A DNA stretch of 32,000 nucleotides from Alkalicoccus daliensis (GCF_900103955.1 NZ_FNIL01000014.1:1-32000); one strand, 5' to 3'. Positions 1-9,195 are shown, counted from the stretch's first letter. Numbers and translations are program-made. The notes: a model not told the origin generated them from the letters alone.

Positions 1-800
1 GTAAAATAAGCGGGCAAGCGAATAAATTAGCTTCTTTTCCTCTGTCATTTTCCATTATGGGAATGGTTTGAATGAAGGAGGTCATATGCTTTTACAGGGT
101 TTGCCGTACCGAGCCGGCGCAGGCATAGCAAGGTGGAGTGCAGCATAGCATGGGTGGATTAAAGTATAGGAAGTTTTTATTAAAGTATGGGCGGATCGGA
201 GTAAAGCATAGCCTGTTTTCATGTCATTATAGGCGGATCGGAGTAAAATAGCAGCCACGACAGTAAAATAAGCGGGCAAGCGAATAAATTAGCTTCTTTT
301 CCTCTGTCATTTTCCATTATGGGAATGGTTTGAATGAAGGAGGTCATATGCTTTTACAGGGTTTGCCGTACCGAGCCGGCGCAGGCATAGCAAGGTGGAG
401 TGCAGCATAGCATGGGTGGATTAAAGTATAGGAAGTTTTTATTAAAGTATGGGCGGATCGGAGTAAAGCATAGCCTGTTTTCATGTCATTATAGGCGGAT
501 CGGAGTAAAATAGCAGCCACGACAGTAAAATAAGCGGGCAAGCGAATAAATTAGCTTCTTTTCCTCTGTCATTTTCCATTATGGGAATGGTTTGAATGAA
601 GGAGGTCATATGCTTTTACGGGGTTGCCGCACCGAGCCGACGCAGGCATAACAGGGTGGAGTGCAGCATAGCATGGGTGGATTAAAGTATAGAGGAATTG
701 GGTTAAAGCATAGGAGGTTTGGAGTAAAATATAGAGGAGTTGAAGTAAATTAAAGGGAAGATCAGTAAAGTATAAGCAGATCTGAGTATATTAAGACGCC
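1..800. repeat. Composite intergenic repeat: two apparently identical tandem 262-bp units (1-262, 263-524) and a diverged third (525-~800), containing 21-nt periodic TAAA/ATAG arrays
   Basis: 'gtaaaataagcgggcaagcg' recurs at 1, 263 and 525; TAAA cores at 160, 181, 202, (223), 244, 264, 285 and 683, 704, 725, 746, 766, (787). Confidence 0.95.
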
Positions 801-889
801 ACCAAGTGAAGCGGCATCACTTTCCTTCCCCTCCCGAAACAAATATAATAATAAGCAACGATATTTTCGGGAAAAGAGGTGGACGCTCC

Positions 890-1744
890 ATGGATAAATA
901 CATACGAAGATTAACAGAGGATGATTATTCCCTGTTTCAGGCAATGGATACGGGGATTGAAGATGATTATATTTCTCATTTTTTTCATCGTTTTATTCAT
1001 TCGGGAGACAGGATTTACGGAATGTTCGTGGAGGAACAGCTTGCGGTAATGGCTGGATATTCTATATATGCAGAAAACTATGCGATGCTTGGCAGGCTGC
1101 GAAGTGACCGGCGGTTTCAGGGGAAATCCCTGGCGACGGAGTTAATGACCTATGTGAAACAAGAAGCGTTAAAAGAAGAAAAGGTGCACTGGGTGGGAGG
1201 AAATACGGAGGAGAAAAACATTCCGGCAAGAAGAGTGCTTGAAAAGGCAGGACTTGCGCCTCGGATTACGCAGTATGCAGCTGTTGCTGCGGAAGTGGGC
1301 ATGCTCGAATCAGGCGCAGCACCCTGGCAGGAGATAACGTCCCCTGCGCGTAAACGGGAATGGCTGGAAAGCACTTATGTAAAAGAAGGAAGCCTTTTTC
1401 CCTATCAGTGCTATTATCCTTTTCCGGCAACCGCTGCTCTTTTTGAAGAAAAGGAGCTGGCGTCCTGGAAAATGTACGAAAATCCTGGAGGAACAAAATT
1501 TGTGCTGGCAAAGCATGACCAGAAGCGGACGCATTACCTGCACGTCGGCTATCCGTGGGAGGATTTCCAGGAGCCGGGACTTTGGGAAACCATCACGTCG
1601 GCGCAGAGGTCGCTGGAAAAAGAAATAGAAGAGGACACAAAAGTCTGGCTGGATCTGCCGAAAGATGCGGCATCCCACCTGCCTGCGCAGCATCCATTTA
1701 ACCTGTCTTCCATCTGGGTGCTGCATGAGGCGGCTGCCGGATAA
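890..1744 (+). CDS. GNAT family N-acetyltransferase
   Basis: ORF 806-1744; RBS-like agaggtgg before ATG at 890; GNAT core RRFQGKSLATELMTYVKQEALKEEKVHWVGGNTEEKNIPARRVLEKAGL. Confidence 0.8.
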   Translation: MDKYIRRLTEDDYSLFQAMDTGIEDDYISHFFHRFIHSGDRIYGMFVEEQLAVMAGYSIYAENYAMLGRLRSDRRFQGKSLATELMTYVKQEALKEEKVHWVGGNTEEKNIPARRVLEKAGLAPRITQYAAVAAEVGMLESGAAPWQEITSPARKREWLESTYVKEGSLFPYQCYYPFPATAALFEEKELASWKMYENPGGTKFVLAKHDQKRTHYLHVGYPWEDFQEPGLWETITSAQRSLEKEIEEDTKVWLDLPKDAASHLPAQHPFNLSSIWVLHEAAAG

Positions 1745-1749
1745 AACAA

Positions 1750-2352
1750 TCAGCGGATCCAGCCGTTTTCCCTGCTTAAGGAAATTGCTTCGATGCGGTT
1801 ACTTACCTCCAGTTTATCAAGAATTAATGACACGTAGTTTCTAACAGTACCGTTTGTAATGTGCAGGTCTGCAGCAATTTCTTTTGTCGTGCGGCCATCT
1901 GCGATGAGCTGCAGCACCTGGCCTTCCCGTTCTGTTAAGGGATTTGGATTATCATATACCATATCAATCAGTTCCGGAGCATAGGCTCTGCGCCCGTCCA
2001 TAATCGTGCGGATAGAGTTGGCCAATTCTTCACTTGGGCTGTCTTTTAAGAGATAGCCCTTTACCTTGGCTTTCCGCGCTCGTTCAAAATAACCTGCGCG
2101 GGCAAAAGTAGTAAGAATAATTACTTTACACCGGTGGTCTGACAAATCCTCTGCCGCTTCCAGTCCGGTTTTGACCGGCATTTCAATATCCATAATGCAA
2201 ACATCCGGATCCAGTTCTTTTACGAGTTCCACGGCTCTTTCTCCATTTTCCGCTTTTCCTACCACTTCCATATCTTCTTTTAAATCCAGCAGGGAGCCGA
2301 GGGCCCCGAGCAGCATCTGCTGATCCTCGGCAATGACAATGCGGATCATCAA
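1750..2352 (-). CDS. desR: NarL/LuxR-type response regulator, DesR-like
   Basis: REC domain (IRIVIAEDQQMLLGALGSLL, DPDVCIMDIEMPVKTG) plus LuxR HTH (LTEREGQVLQLIADGRTTKEIAADLHITNGTVRNYVSLILDKL); next to a DesK-like kinase and a desaturase. Confidence 0.85.
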   Translation of the reverse strand: MMIRIVIAEDQQMLLGALGSLLDLKEDMEVVGKAENGERAVELVKELDPDVCIMDIEMPVKTGLEAAEDLSDHRCKVIILTTFARAGYFERARKAKVKGYLLKDSPSEELANSIRTIMDGRRAYAPELIDMVYDNPNPLTEREGQVLQLIADGRTTKEIAADLHITNGTVRNYVSLILDKLEVSNRIEAISLSRENGWIR

Positions 2353-3485
2353 GCTTCCTCCTCCTTTTTCATATGCTGCACCACCTGCGGTACGAACATC
2401 GTGATCTTTGTTCCCTTTTGCGAGTCCATGGTCAGGGTGCCGTTGACGAATTCCAGCCGTTCCTTCATGCCCTGTATGCCGCTTTCCTGCATCGTTACGT
2501 TCGGCTGGGAAATGCCGATGCCGTTGTCTTCGATCACGATGGAAATGGCGCGGGGGCTCTGGGTTATCGTAATATCACAGCGGGCTGCCTGGCTGTGCTT
2601 AACCACATTCGTTACCGCTTCCTTCATGCACATACTGAGTGCGTTCTCTACCAGGAGCGGTACATTGGTGAACTGCGGATTGCCGTGCACGTAAAGTTCT
2701 ATCTGCGCGACTTTCAGTATTTCCTGGATGTGCAGCAGCTCTTCGCGGACTTTCATTCCTCTCATATCAGAAACCATTTCCCGGACTTCTTTCAGCGCGA
2801 GCCGTGCTGTCCGGTTTATATCCTTCATTTCATTCTGGGCTTCTCCAGGTTTTGCTTCCACCAGTTTTTCTGCGAGATCGCTTTTCAATCCGATTAATGA
2901 AAGCTTCTGCCCGAGGGTATCGTGCAGATCCCGCGCAATTCTCTGCCGTTCCTCCATAACCATCAGCTGGGAAATTTTCTCATTCGCATTTTCCAGCTGG
3001 TTCTCCAGCATCTCCTGTTTATTCCGGTTATAGATCGTAAAAGGAAGGAGGATTACTCCGACGAGGCTGATGACAACAAATGGCAGCTGCATGGTGAAAA
3101 TTTCGCTCTGCATGTAAAATCCTAAGCCGGCAGAAGAGAGTGCGGTGATCAAATTAATTATATACAGCGTGACAAATCCGGCTTTATTTCGGATGTTTCC
3201 AATGAAAAAAGCAAGGAACAAGAAAAAGTATACATAACCAAAATACAGTGTCATGCCCGTGCTGATGACAAGTTCTATCCCTACAGCGACATAGACAGTC
3301 CAGCCCTCTTTAATGAACGAGATCCGGTATACTGCGAAAAATAAAACGATCATCAGGACGCCTGCGATTATTTCTGTAAACGTCGACAAACGTATTACAA
3401 AGTAAAAAGGAAGCAGACAAAAAATAAGCCAGGCATATAAACTTAATCCTGTGGTCTTTGGGACGATATGAAACCAGTTCTGCAT
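2349..3485 (-). CDS. desK: Sensor histidine kinase, DesK-like (multi-TM thermosensor type)
   Basis: HisKA_3 motif ERQRIARDLHDTLGQKLSLIGLKSDLAEKL, HATPase region VIEDNGIGISQ...GIQGMKERL; N-terminal hydrophobic helices; RBS ggaggcccgcc before ATG at 3485; overlaps desR start by 4 nt. Confidence 0.85.
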   Translation of the reverse strand: MQNWFHIVPKTTGLSLYAWLIFCLLPFYFVIRLSTFTEIIAGVLMIVLFFAVYRISFIKEGWTVYVAVGIELVISTGMTLYFGYVYFFLFLAFFIGNIRNKAGFVTLYIINLITALSSAGLGFYMQSEIFTMQLPFVVISLVGVILLPFTIYNRNKQEMLENQLENANEKISQLMVMEERQRIARDLHDTLGQKLSLIGLKSDLAEKLVEAKPGEAQNEMKDINRTARLALKEVREMVSDMRGMKVREELLHIQEILKVAQIELYVHGNPQFTNVPLLVENALSMCMKEAVTNVVKHSQAARCDITITQSPRAISIVIEDNGIGISQPNVTMQESGIQGMKERLEFVNGTLTMDSQKGTKITMFVPQVVQHMKKEEEA

Positions 3486-3580
3486 GGCGGGCCTCCCTTC
3501 TTTCTCTCTTTTACAGTGTAACAAAAAGCCCTTTCCCGTGGTGGCAAAAGAGCTTTCTTTCTTCTATTATATTGTGAAAT

Positions 3581-4606
3581 TTACGCTGGTACTTTCTGCG
3601 TTGGCTTCACTTTATAGTTCTTTTTGAATTCGCGGAAGCTGACGAACGTTTTGCTTGTTTCGTCATAAAGACGGAACTGAACAGCTTTTAAGCTGGAGCG
3701 AAGCGTAATCGTCGTAACTTTCTGCAATGGTTTTGTCTGCTCGTGTGTTTTTTCCAGATGATAATTCGGAACCTTCGGGCTTAAATGGTGTACATGGTGG
3801 TAACCAATGTTCCCAGTCAGCCACTGTACCACTTTCGGAAGCTGGTAGTAGGAACTGCCGTCTACAGCTGCTTTCACGAAGTCCCAGTCTTCTTCATTCT
3901 CAAAATAGGAATCTTCGAACTGATGCTGTACATAAAACAACCAGATGCCGAGAGAACCGGAAATCATAAGAATCGGAAGCTGAATGATTAGAAACGCCTG
4001 CAGGCCGATTGCCCAGATCAGGAGCGCATAAATTACAGCGATAGAAGCGGTAATCAAATGCGTGTTCCATCTTTCTTTGCTGCGTGCACCTTTTCGGTTC
4101 ACGCGGTTGTCCCAGCCGAATAAAAGAATCGGGCCAAGACCGAACATGACGATCGGGTTACGGTACAAGCGGTATTTGAATCTTTCCCACTTGTCTGCAT
4201 TTGCATATTCTTCTACTGTCATAATCCATACATCACCGGTGCCTCTTTTATCGAGGTTGCCGCTTGTTGCGTGGTGAATAGAGTGACTTCTTTTCCATTT
4301 ATCGAAAGCGAAATGCGTAATAATTCCTGTTAACGTACCGACAACCCGGTTAGCTTTTGTATTCTTAAAGAAGGAACCGTGCGTACAGTCATGAAAAATA
4401 ATGAACGTCCGTACGACAAAGCCTGCGGCAAGAATAAGAATCGGAATCGTCAGCCAGTATGATACTGCCAGGCTTTGGTAGGCAAGAAACCAAAGCAGGA
4501 AAAAAGGAACGAGAGAATTTACGAGCTGCCAGATACTCTGCTTCATATCTGAGTTTGCGAAAGGGGCTACACTTTTTCTTAGTTCTGCTTGTTGTTGTTT
4601 ACTCAT
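3581..4606 (-). CDS. des: Acyl-lipid fatty acid desaturase
   Basis: Three His boxes: HDCTHGS, HSIHH, HHVHH; adjacent to desK/desR. Confidence 0.88.
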   Translation of the reverse strand: MSKQQQAELRKSVAPFANSDMKQSIWQLVNSLVPFFLLWFLAYQSLAVSYWLTIPILILAAGFVVRTFIIFHDCTHGSFFKNTKANRVVGTLTGIITHFAFDKWKRSHSIHHATSGNLDKRGTGDVWIMTVEEYANADKWERFKYRLYRNPIVMFGLGPILLFGWDNRVNRKGARSKERWNTHLITASIAVIYALLIWAIGLQAFLIIQLPILMISGSLGIWLFYVQHQFEDSYFENEEDWDFVKAAVDGSSYYQLPKVVQWLTGNIGYHHVHHLSPKVPNYHLEKTHEQTKPLQKVTTITLRSSLKAVQFRLYDETSKTFVSFREFKKNYKVKPTQKVPA

Positions 4607-4698
4607 AGTATGCCTCCTGGTTTTATTTTATATAGTAGTGGGTTTGTTTAAGGTTATATTCTTATTGTACAGCTCCTGTTAGGACCAGGTAAGACATA

Positions 4699-4730
4699 CA
4701 TGTCAGCAATGTAATATGACAAGTGTCATG
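4699..4730. promoter_or_regulatory. Candidate DesR operator upstream of des
   Basis: CATGTCAgcaatgtaatatgacaagTGTCATG; inner perfect inverted pair TGACA-ag-TGTCA (4717-4728) plus another TGTCA at 4701. Confidence 0.4.
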
Positions 4731-4974
4731 GATATATTTCCAGTGAAAAGGATAATGGGTTAAAACATGGAAAAGAAATAAGAGAGAACAGGAAGGGATC
4801 CGGTGAAAGTGGAGCTTACAAATGACATCTCTGCCTGTTAAAGAAGGGCCGTTGAGAGCTCTTTGTTAAGCGCGGCACAGAATAAAAAATACTTTATTCC
4901 GGGTGGCACAAACAGGTGCGTAAAACAGCCTGTATGATATAATAAATTATATTGTACAGAAATGAGGGCTTGCA

Positions 4975-5736
4975 GTGGACGCTGTTGGAAGAATGCCGAA
5001 AGATATTTCCCTGATACATGCGCTGAACAGTATTGGAGAAAACGTAATTGTAGCTGATCTCGATTATACAATTACCTGGATGAACGTCAATGCAGTAAAA
5101 CTTTTTAAACAAATTGCTCCTCTTTACGATATAGAGCAAGTATCAGATATGATTGGAATGAACATGAACCGGTTTCACCGGAATCCTGCCCATCAGGAAT
5201 ATATCATGAAAAACCTGGATGAGGTGCATAAAACAAGAATCGTTATTCGCGACACGCTGGTAACGGATATTATTATTACTCCTATTAAAGGCAGCGATGG
5301 TATCGCAGAAGGTTATGTGATTATGCTGCAGGATGTAACAACGCGTGCGGAGGAAGAACGACGCAATGAAAAACTGATCGCCGAACTTTCTGTGCCGATC
5401 CTTCATATATGGGATAATACGATAGCACTTCCTCTTGTCGGATCTTTTACAGAGGATCGCGGAAAAGCGCTTGTATCCAAAGTACTGGAAGAATGCACGG
5501 AGAAAAATACAGAATATGTACTGCTCGCATTAAATGGGCTGGATGAATACGATGATGCACTCCAATACAGCATACGTTATTTGTATGACTGCCTGAAGCT
5601 TGTCGGTACAGAATGTATTATTGTAGGTATCACTCCAAAGCTTGCAATGACATTTGGGGAAGTGGATAAAAACATTTCCACGTTCAGTACGGCCCATCAG
5701 GGTCTCCATTACATTATCAGTCAATCTGCTAAATAA
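4975..5736 (+). CDS. PAS domain plus STAS domain regulatory protein (RsbR/YtvA-like architecture)
   Basis: PAS-like N-terminus (IGENVIVADLDYTITWMNVNAVKLF...YVIMLQDVTTRAEEE) and STAS-like C-terminus (AELSVPILHIWDNTIALPLVGSFTEDRGKAL...VGTECIIVGITPKLA); GTG start after gaggg. Confidence 0.75.
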   Translation: MDAVGRMPKDISLIHALNSIGENVIVADLDYTITWMNVNAVKLFKQIAPLYDIEQVSDMIGMNMNRFHRNPAHQEYIMKNLDEVHKTRIVIRDTLVTDIIITPIKGSDGIAEGYVIMLQDVTTRAEEERRNEKLIAELSVPILHIWDNTIALPLVGSFTEDRGKALVSKVLEECTEKNTEYVLLALNGLDEYDDALQYSIRYLYDCLKLVGTECIIVGITPKLAMTFGEVDKNISTFSTAHQGLHYIISQSAK

Positions 5737-5745
5737 TTTCCCAAT

Positions 5746-5784
5746 AAAAAGGAATCCTGCACCTTCCCGCAGGATTCCTTTTTA
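5746..5784. terminator. Bidirectional intrinsic terminator between convergent genes
   Basis: aaaaaggaatcctgc-acctt-cccgcaggattccttttt. Confidence 0.85.
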
Positions 5785-5794
5785 TTGTTTCATG

Positions 5795-6493
5795 TTATTT
5801 CGTCTGCAAAGCCTGGATCTCTTCGGCCAGCCGGTAAATCTGATGCAGTGTTTCCTGCTGGCTCCGACTATGCTGGACTGTAATTGAAGCAGCTTCTTTT
5901 GCAGCGTGTAATTGCAGTGTTAAAGAAGCCAGCTGTTCATTTAATAAAGAAGCTGCAGAAACTTCTTCTCTTATCTGCGAAGCAGGGGCCGGTTCGTGGA
6001 GGCAAGCAGCGGTTTCTTTCATCTGCTGCAGCTGATAAGAAGCGATGGAAGTTTTATTATTCGTTTTATCTGCGGCAACTGCTGTGTCGCTGCATCCGCT
6101 CAGCAGCTTCTCTGCCTGCGCAGAGATACGGATGACGGCCTGCAGAAGTGCAGTGTGCTTGCAGCTGCCATCCAGTGCAGCGTCAGGGAGAACGCCCATG
6201 GTGAGACAGCCGAGTGTTTTTCCATTTTCCTGCAGCGGAATGCCGGTGACCACATAGGAGGTCCCGTAAGCTTCTTCTTCTACGTATTGTGTCACTTTTC
6301 TTCCTTCCTGCAGGACGGTTTCATTAACACCGCCTTTTCGGAAGGGCGTACCAGGCTGGATGCCAAGATCCAGATGTGTCCCTGGGAGATACGAAAGAAA
6401 CTTTGTCTGATCTGCAAGTGCGACAAAACAGTCGTCAGATTGAAGCTCCTGTATAAATGGGAGAGCGTCAGCTGCTTTCTGTAAAAGCTGCAA
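5795..6493 (-). CDS. Putative GAF-like/sensory protein with C-terminal helical region
   Basis: GAF-like ligand-domain pattern (DDCFVALADQTKFLSYLPGTHLDLGIQPGTPF...GTSYVVTGIPLQENGKTLGCLTMG) followed by long helix. Confidence 0.5.
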   Translation of the reverse strand: MQLLQKAADALPFIQELQSDDCFVALADQTKFLSYLPGTHLDLGIQPGTPFRKGGVNETVLQEGRKVTQYVEEEAYGTSYVVTGIPLQENGKTLGCLTMGVLPDAALDGSCKHTALLQAVIRISAQAEKLLSGCSDTAVAADKTNNKTSIASYQLQQMKETAACLHEPAPASQIREEVSAASLLNEQLASLTLQLHAAKEAASITVQHSRSQQETLHQIYRLAEEIQALQTK

Positions 6494-6570
6494 GGGAACT
6501 TCCTCCTTTATTTTTGTTTAAATTGAGGTAACAAGCCGCCAATGTGCAAAAAGCCAATGGAATGAAAAAA

Positions 6571-6623
6571 GAGCAGGCCGGACGCCGTTCAGCTGTTTCA
6601 GCTGAACGAACGCCGGCCTGCTC
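6571..6623 (-). terminator. Strong hairpin, probable terminator for the 6695-7624 gene
   Basis: gagcaggccggacgccgttcagc-tgtttca-gctgaacgaacgccggcctgctc; aaaaaa flank gives a U-tract on the minus strand. Confidence 0.8.
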
Positions 6624-6694
6624 CATGTCTCCTGCCGTGTAATTAACTTGTCTTCTATAGTACGGGGATCTACTTGAAAAAGCAAGTCTGCTCA

Positions 6695-7624
6695 TTATTC
6701 ACAAACAAGAATCTCCCGGGAAAACATCTTATTTTTGCCTGCAGTACCCCGATCGATAATAGCAAATCCTGCTTTCTTTAATAGATGATCCAGCGGTTCA
6801 ATCGTAATAATAACCAATCGTTGTGTGAAATTTCGTGCAGACTGCAGCATTTCCAGTTTCGTTTCCTCTGGTAAAACAGAACATAGGTTGTAAGGCATAT
6901 CAATCACTGCTGCATCGTAGCTTTTTTCTATCATCCGCATGTCTTGTAACGCCGTATCCGGCGCGAAACCGAAGTGGGACAAATTTTTTCGGAGCCCGTA
7001 CATTACTTTGGGATTCACGTCACTTCCATCCATTTGGATCCCCATCGATCTCGCTTCGATTACTACTGTTCCAATACCGCAGCACGGATCAATTGCATAA
7101 ATGCCCGAGGGATTTGGAACGGCAATATTTGCGGCACTCCTTGCCACTCTTACCGGCAGCGCAGTGGAGTAAGAGTGCGGCTTCTGCTCCTGCTTTTTCC
7201 ACGCGGAAGAACCGCAGGTCAATGGACCGAATACCCAGCTGTTTTGCGCGGGGAAAATTGCAAAAAGATGCGCCGGATCCGCCAGGTTTATTTTCCCATC
7301 GAGCATACCGGCAGCAGCAATTTCCCTTTGTTTTCGATCTTCAAATGAGGTAGGAAGGGCATGATTCTTCACGAATTGTACTTTGAAAGAAGCTGTCAGC
7401 GGAGGGTGGGCGCGGAGCTTTTCCAACAGAGCTTCCCATGTAGCACTTTCATATAGAACCTCAATTTTTTCTTTCAAAAAAGGGGAGCGGCCGGGGTCCA
7501 GGCTGATGCTGCTCCTTAACGAACCGCCGCTGCCTTCCTCTACGAAAAACGCTCTTAATTCAAGCGCGCACAAACTCTCTTCCTCCGCACGCGCATTATA
7601 CGTGTAAATAAAAGTATTATTCAT
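6695..7624 (-). CDS. TRM11-like RNA methyltransferase family protein
   Basis: SAM-binding motif IDPCCGIGTVVIEARSMG and catalytic-type motif DMPYNL. Confidence 0.7.
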   Translation of the reverse strand: MNNTFIYTYNARAEEESLCALELRAFFVEEGSGGSLRSSISLDPGRSPFLKEKIEVLYESATWEALLEKLRAHPPLTASFKVQFVKNHALPTSFEDRKQREIAAAGMLDGKINLADPAHLFAIFPAQNSWVFGPLTCGSSAWKKQEQKPHSYSTALPVRVARSAANIAVPNPSGIYAIDPCCGIGTVVIEARSMGIQMDGSDVNPKVMYGLRKNLSHFGFAPDTALQDMRMIEKSYDAAVIDMPYNLCSVLPEETKLEMLQSARNFTQRLVIITIEPLDHLLKKAGFAIIDRGTAGKNKMFSREILVCE

Positions 7625-7957
7625 TCATTTCATCCTTTTTCTATAGCTATCATGAAAATGAAAATTTACTAAAAAAGAAGTAGTAATACTGCTTCACTTT
7701 TGGAGAGGCTTACCCAAGGGCTTGTTTTCGACTAAGTTCTCTCACAGGGCACGGCTTCCATCGATCCACAGACAGCATGGCAGAGACCGCCTCTGCTCTC
7801 ACTTTAGCGCTGAGCAGAAGAAAAAGCAAAGCGTTTAAAACTCGGTAGCTTTAAAAGACCATAGTCCCGGGGCAGGCTTGTACTGAAAGAGGAGAAACCT
7901 GGTACATTCGAAAATCGTGAATAAATGCTTCTGAGAAGAATTATACAATCCCCTCAT

Positions 7958-7982
7958 GTTTAAGATCTTAGTAAGTGGGAAA
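7958..7982 (+). promoter_or_regulatory. Candidate SigB-type promoter
   Basis: GTTTAA-N13-GGGAAA, 42 nt upstream of ATG 8024; compare SigB consensus GTTTAA-N13-15-GGGTAT. Confidence 0.55.
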
Positions 7983-8023
7983 TTATTTTTTTAAGGAATA
8001 ATTTTTCGAAAGGATGACTGTAA

Positions 8024-8680
8024 ATGAAAAAGACACTACTCTCTACAGCAACTGCGGCATTTGCATTAACCCTTGCTGCCTGCGGAACGAACGATAATGA
8101 TGGAACTGATAATACTGCAAATACAAACACTAATACAGGAAACAATGGAGCAGATAACGCAGCAGTTGAAAATAATGAGGCAGAGAATAATCTGGACGAT
8201 ACGCCGGACAATAACGGTGCAGATACAGAGGAGACCAACAACGGCAACACGAATGAAATAGATGAAGTAGAAAACAACATGAATGAAAACGCAGGAGAAA
8301 ATGACGCAGGCACAGATGATAATTCTGACGAGCGTGCTGCAACAGACGGAGAATGGTATGAAGCATTAGGATTTAATGAGTTTCAGCTTGATGCAGAATA
8401 CGAAGATGGAGAATATGAGGTAGAGTACGAATATAACGATGGCAATCCGGAAGGCGAGATTGAAGACACCCGTGGCGGTGAAGATATCGAACTGGAAGGC
8501 GAAGAAGCCCTGCAGGAATTGGAAGAACCTTTAACAGAGCTTGATCTTACGGAGGACAGCTCCGAAGAGGAAATGATGGAGCAGGTAATTGCTGCATTTG
8601 ATCTGGAAGAAGATTATGACGAACTTGAAGTTGAAATTGAATTTATGGATGACAGTGATCTGGAATCAGAAAACGAATAA
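8024..8680 (+). CDS. YusW-like lipoprotein with Asn/Asp-rich linker
   Basis: Signal peptide and lipobox (MKKTLLSTATAAFALTLAAC), low-complexity N/D/E linker, C-terminal domain FNEFQLDAEYEDGEYEVEYEYNDG resembling YusW family. Confidence 0.7.
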   Translation: MKKTLLSTATAAFALTLAACGTNDNDGTDNTANTNTNTGNNGADNAAVENNEAENNLDDTPDNNGADTEETNNGNTNEIDEVENNMNENAGENDAGTDDNSDERAATDGEWYEALGFNEFQLDAEYEDGEYEVEYEYNDGNPEGEIEDTRGGEDIELEGEEALQELEEPLTELDLTEDSSEEEMMEQVIAAFDLEEDYDELEVEIEFMDDSDLESENE

Positions 8681-8779
8681 TCAGATAGAATCAGCCGTAA
8701 TCTGCGGCTGATTTTTTCATAACAGTCCAGGGAATTATCCGGTATAGTGAGAAAAAGAGAGGTTTTAAGGGGTGAGGAA

Positions 8780-9148
8780 ATGGAGAAGTTGTTACCTGTC
8801 ATGCAGCAGGGACTGGAGCTTGCAGTAACAGTGGAAGAAGCGGTAAAGCACGTAGAACGGCTGCTGAAAGAAAAGCATTTGGAAGAACCGCTTTATCTGG
8901 TAGAAGATATTATTTCCGCTTTTGCATCGATACAGCGGTCTTTTGAACCTGTGAAGAAAGAGTGCGACATGGAGATGGTCCATCTTACAGCGGCCCAGGT
9001 ACATCAGGCGCTGCAGAAAACTGTATACTCCTTTGAGTCTGGCAGCAGAGGAAAAGTGGAGGAAACAGTCGAGAACGAACTGAAGCCTGGAATTGAGGAA
9101 TGGAGAAAGGCGATGGAAGAAACTTTGCGCAGATATGTGACGCAGTAG
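8780..9148 (+). CDS. Hypothetical protein
   Basis: ORF with ggggtgagg RBS upstream of ATG 8780; alpha-helical acidic protein, no family recognised. Confidence 0.55.
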   Translation: MEKLLPVMQQGLELAVTVEEAVKHVERLLKEKHLEEPLYLVEDIISAFASIQRSFEPVKKECDMEMVHLTAAQVHQALQKTVYSFESGSRGKVEETVENELKPGIEEWRKAMEETLRRYVTQ

Positions 9149-9164
9149 AAATATTGTATGTAAC

Positions 9165-9195
9165 GAAAAAAAGACGCTTCACTGCGTCAATTTTC
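9165..9195. terminator. Small intrinsic terminator
   Basis: aaaaaaagacgc-ttcact-gcgtcaattttctt. Confidence 0.5.

Noticed and set aside
1-524. Possibility that the exact 262-bp duplication is an assembly artifact
   Set aside because: Cannot be excluded for copies 1 and 2, but the diverged third copy and the homologous independent locus at 28480-29110 show the element family is real.
7960-8313. 117-aa minus-strand ORF overlapping the YusW-like gene
   Set aside because: Low-complexity reverse complement of Asn/Asp-rich coding sequence; plus-strand gene has RBS, lipobox and promoter.
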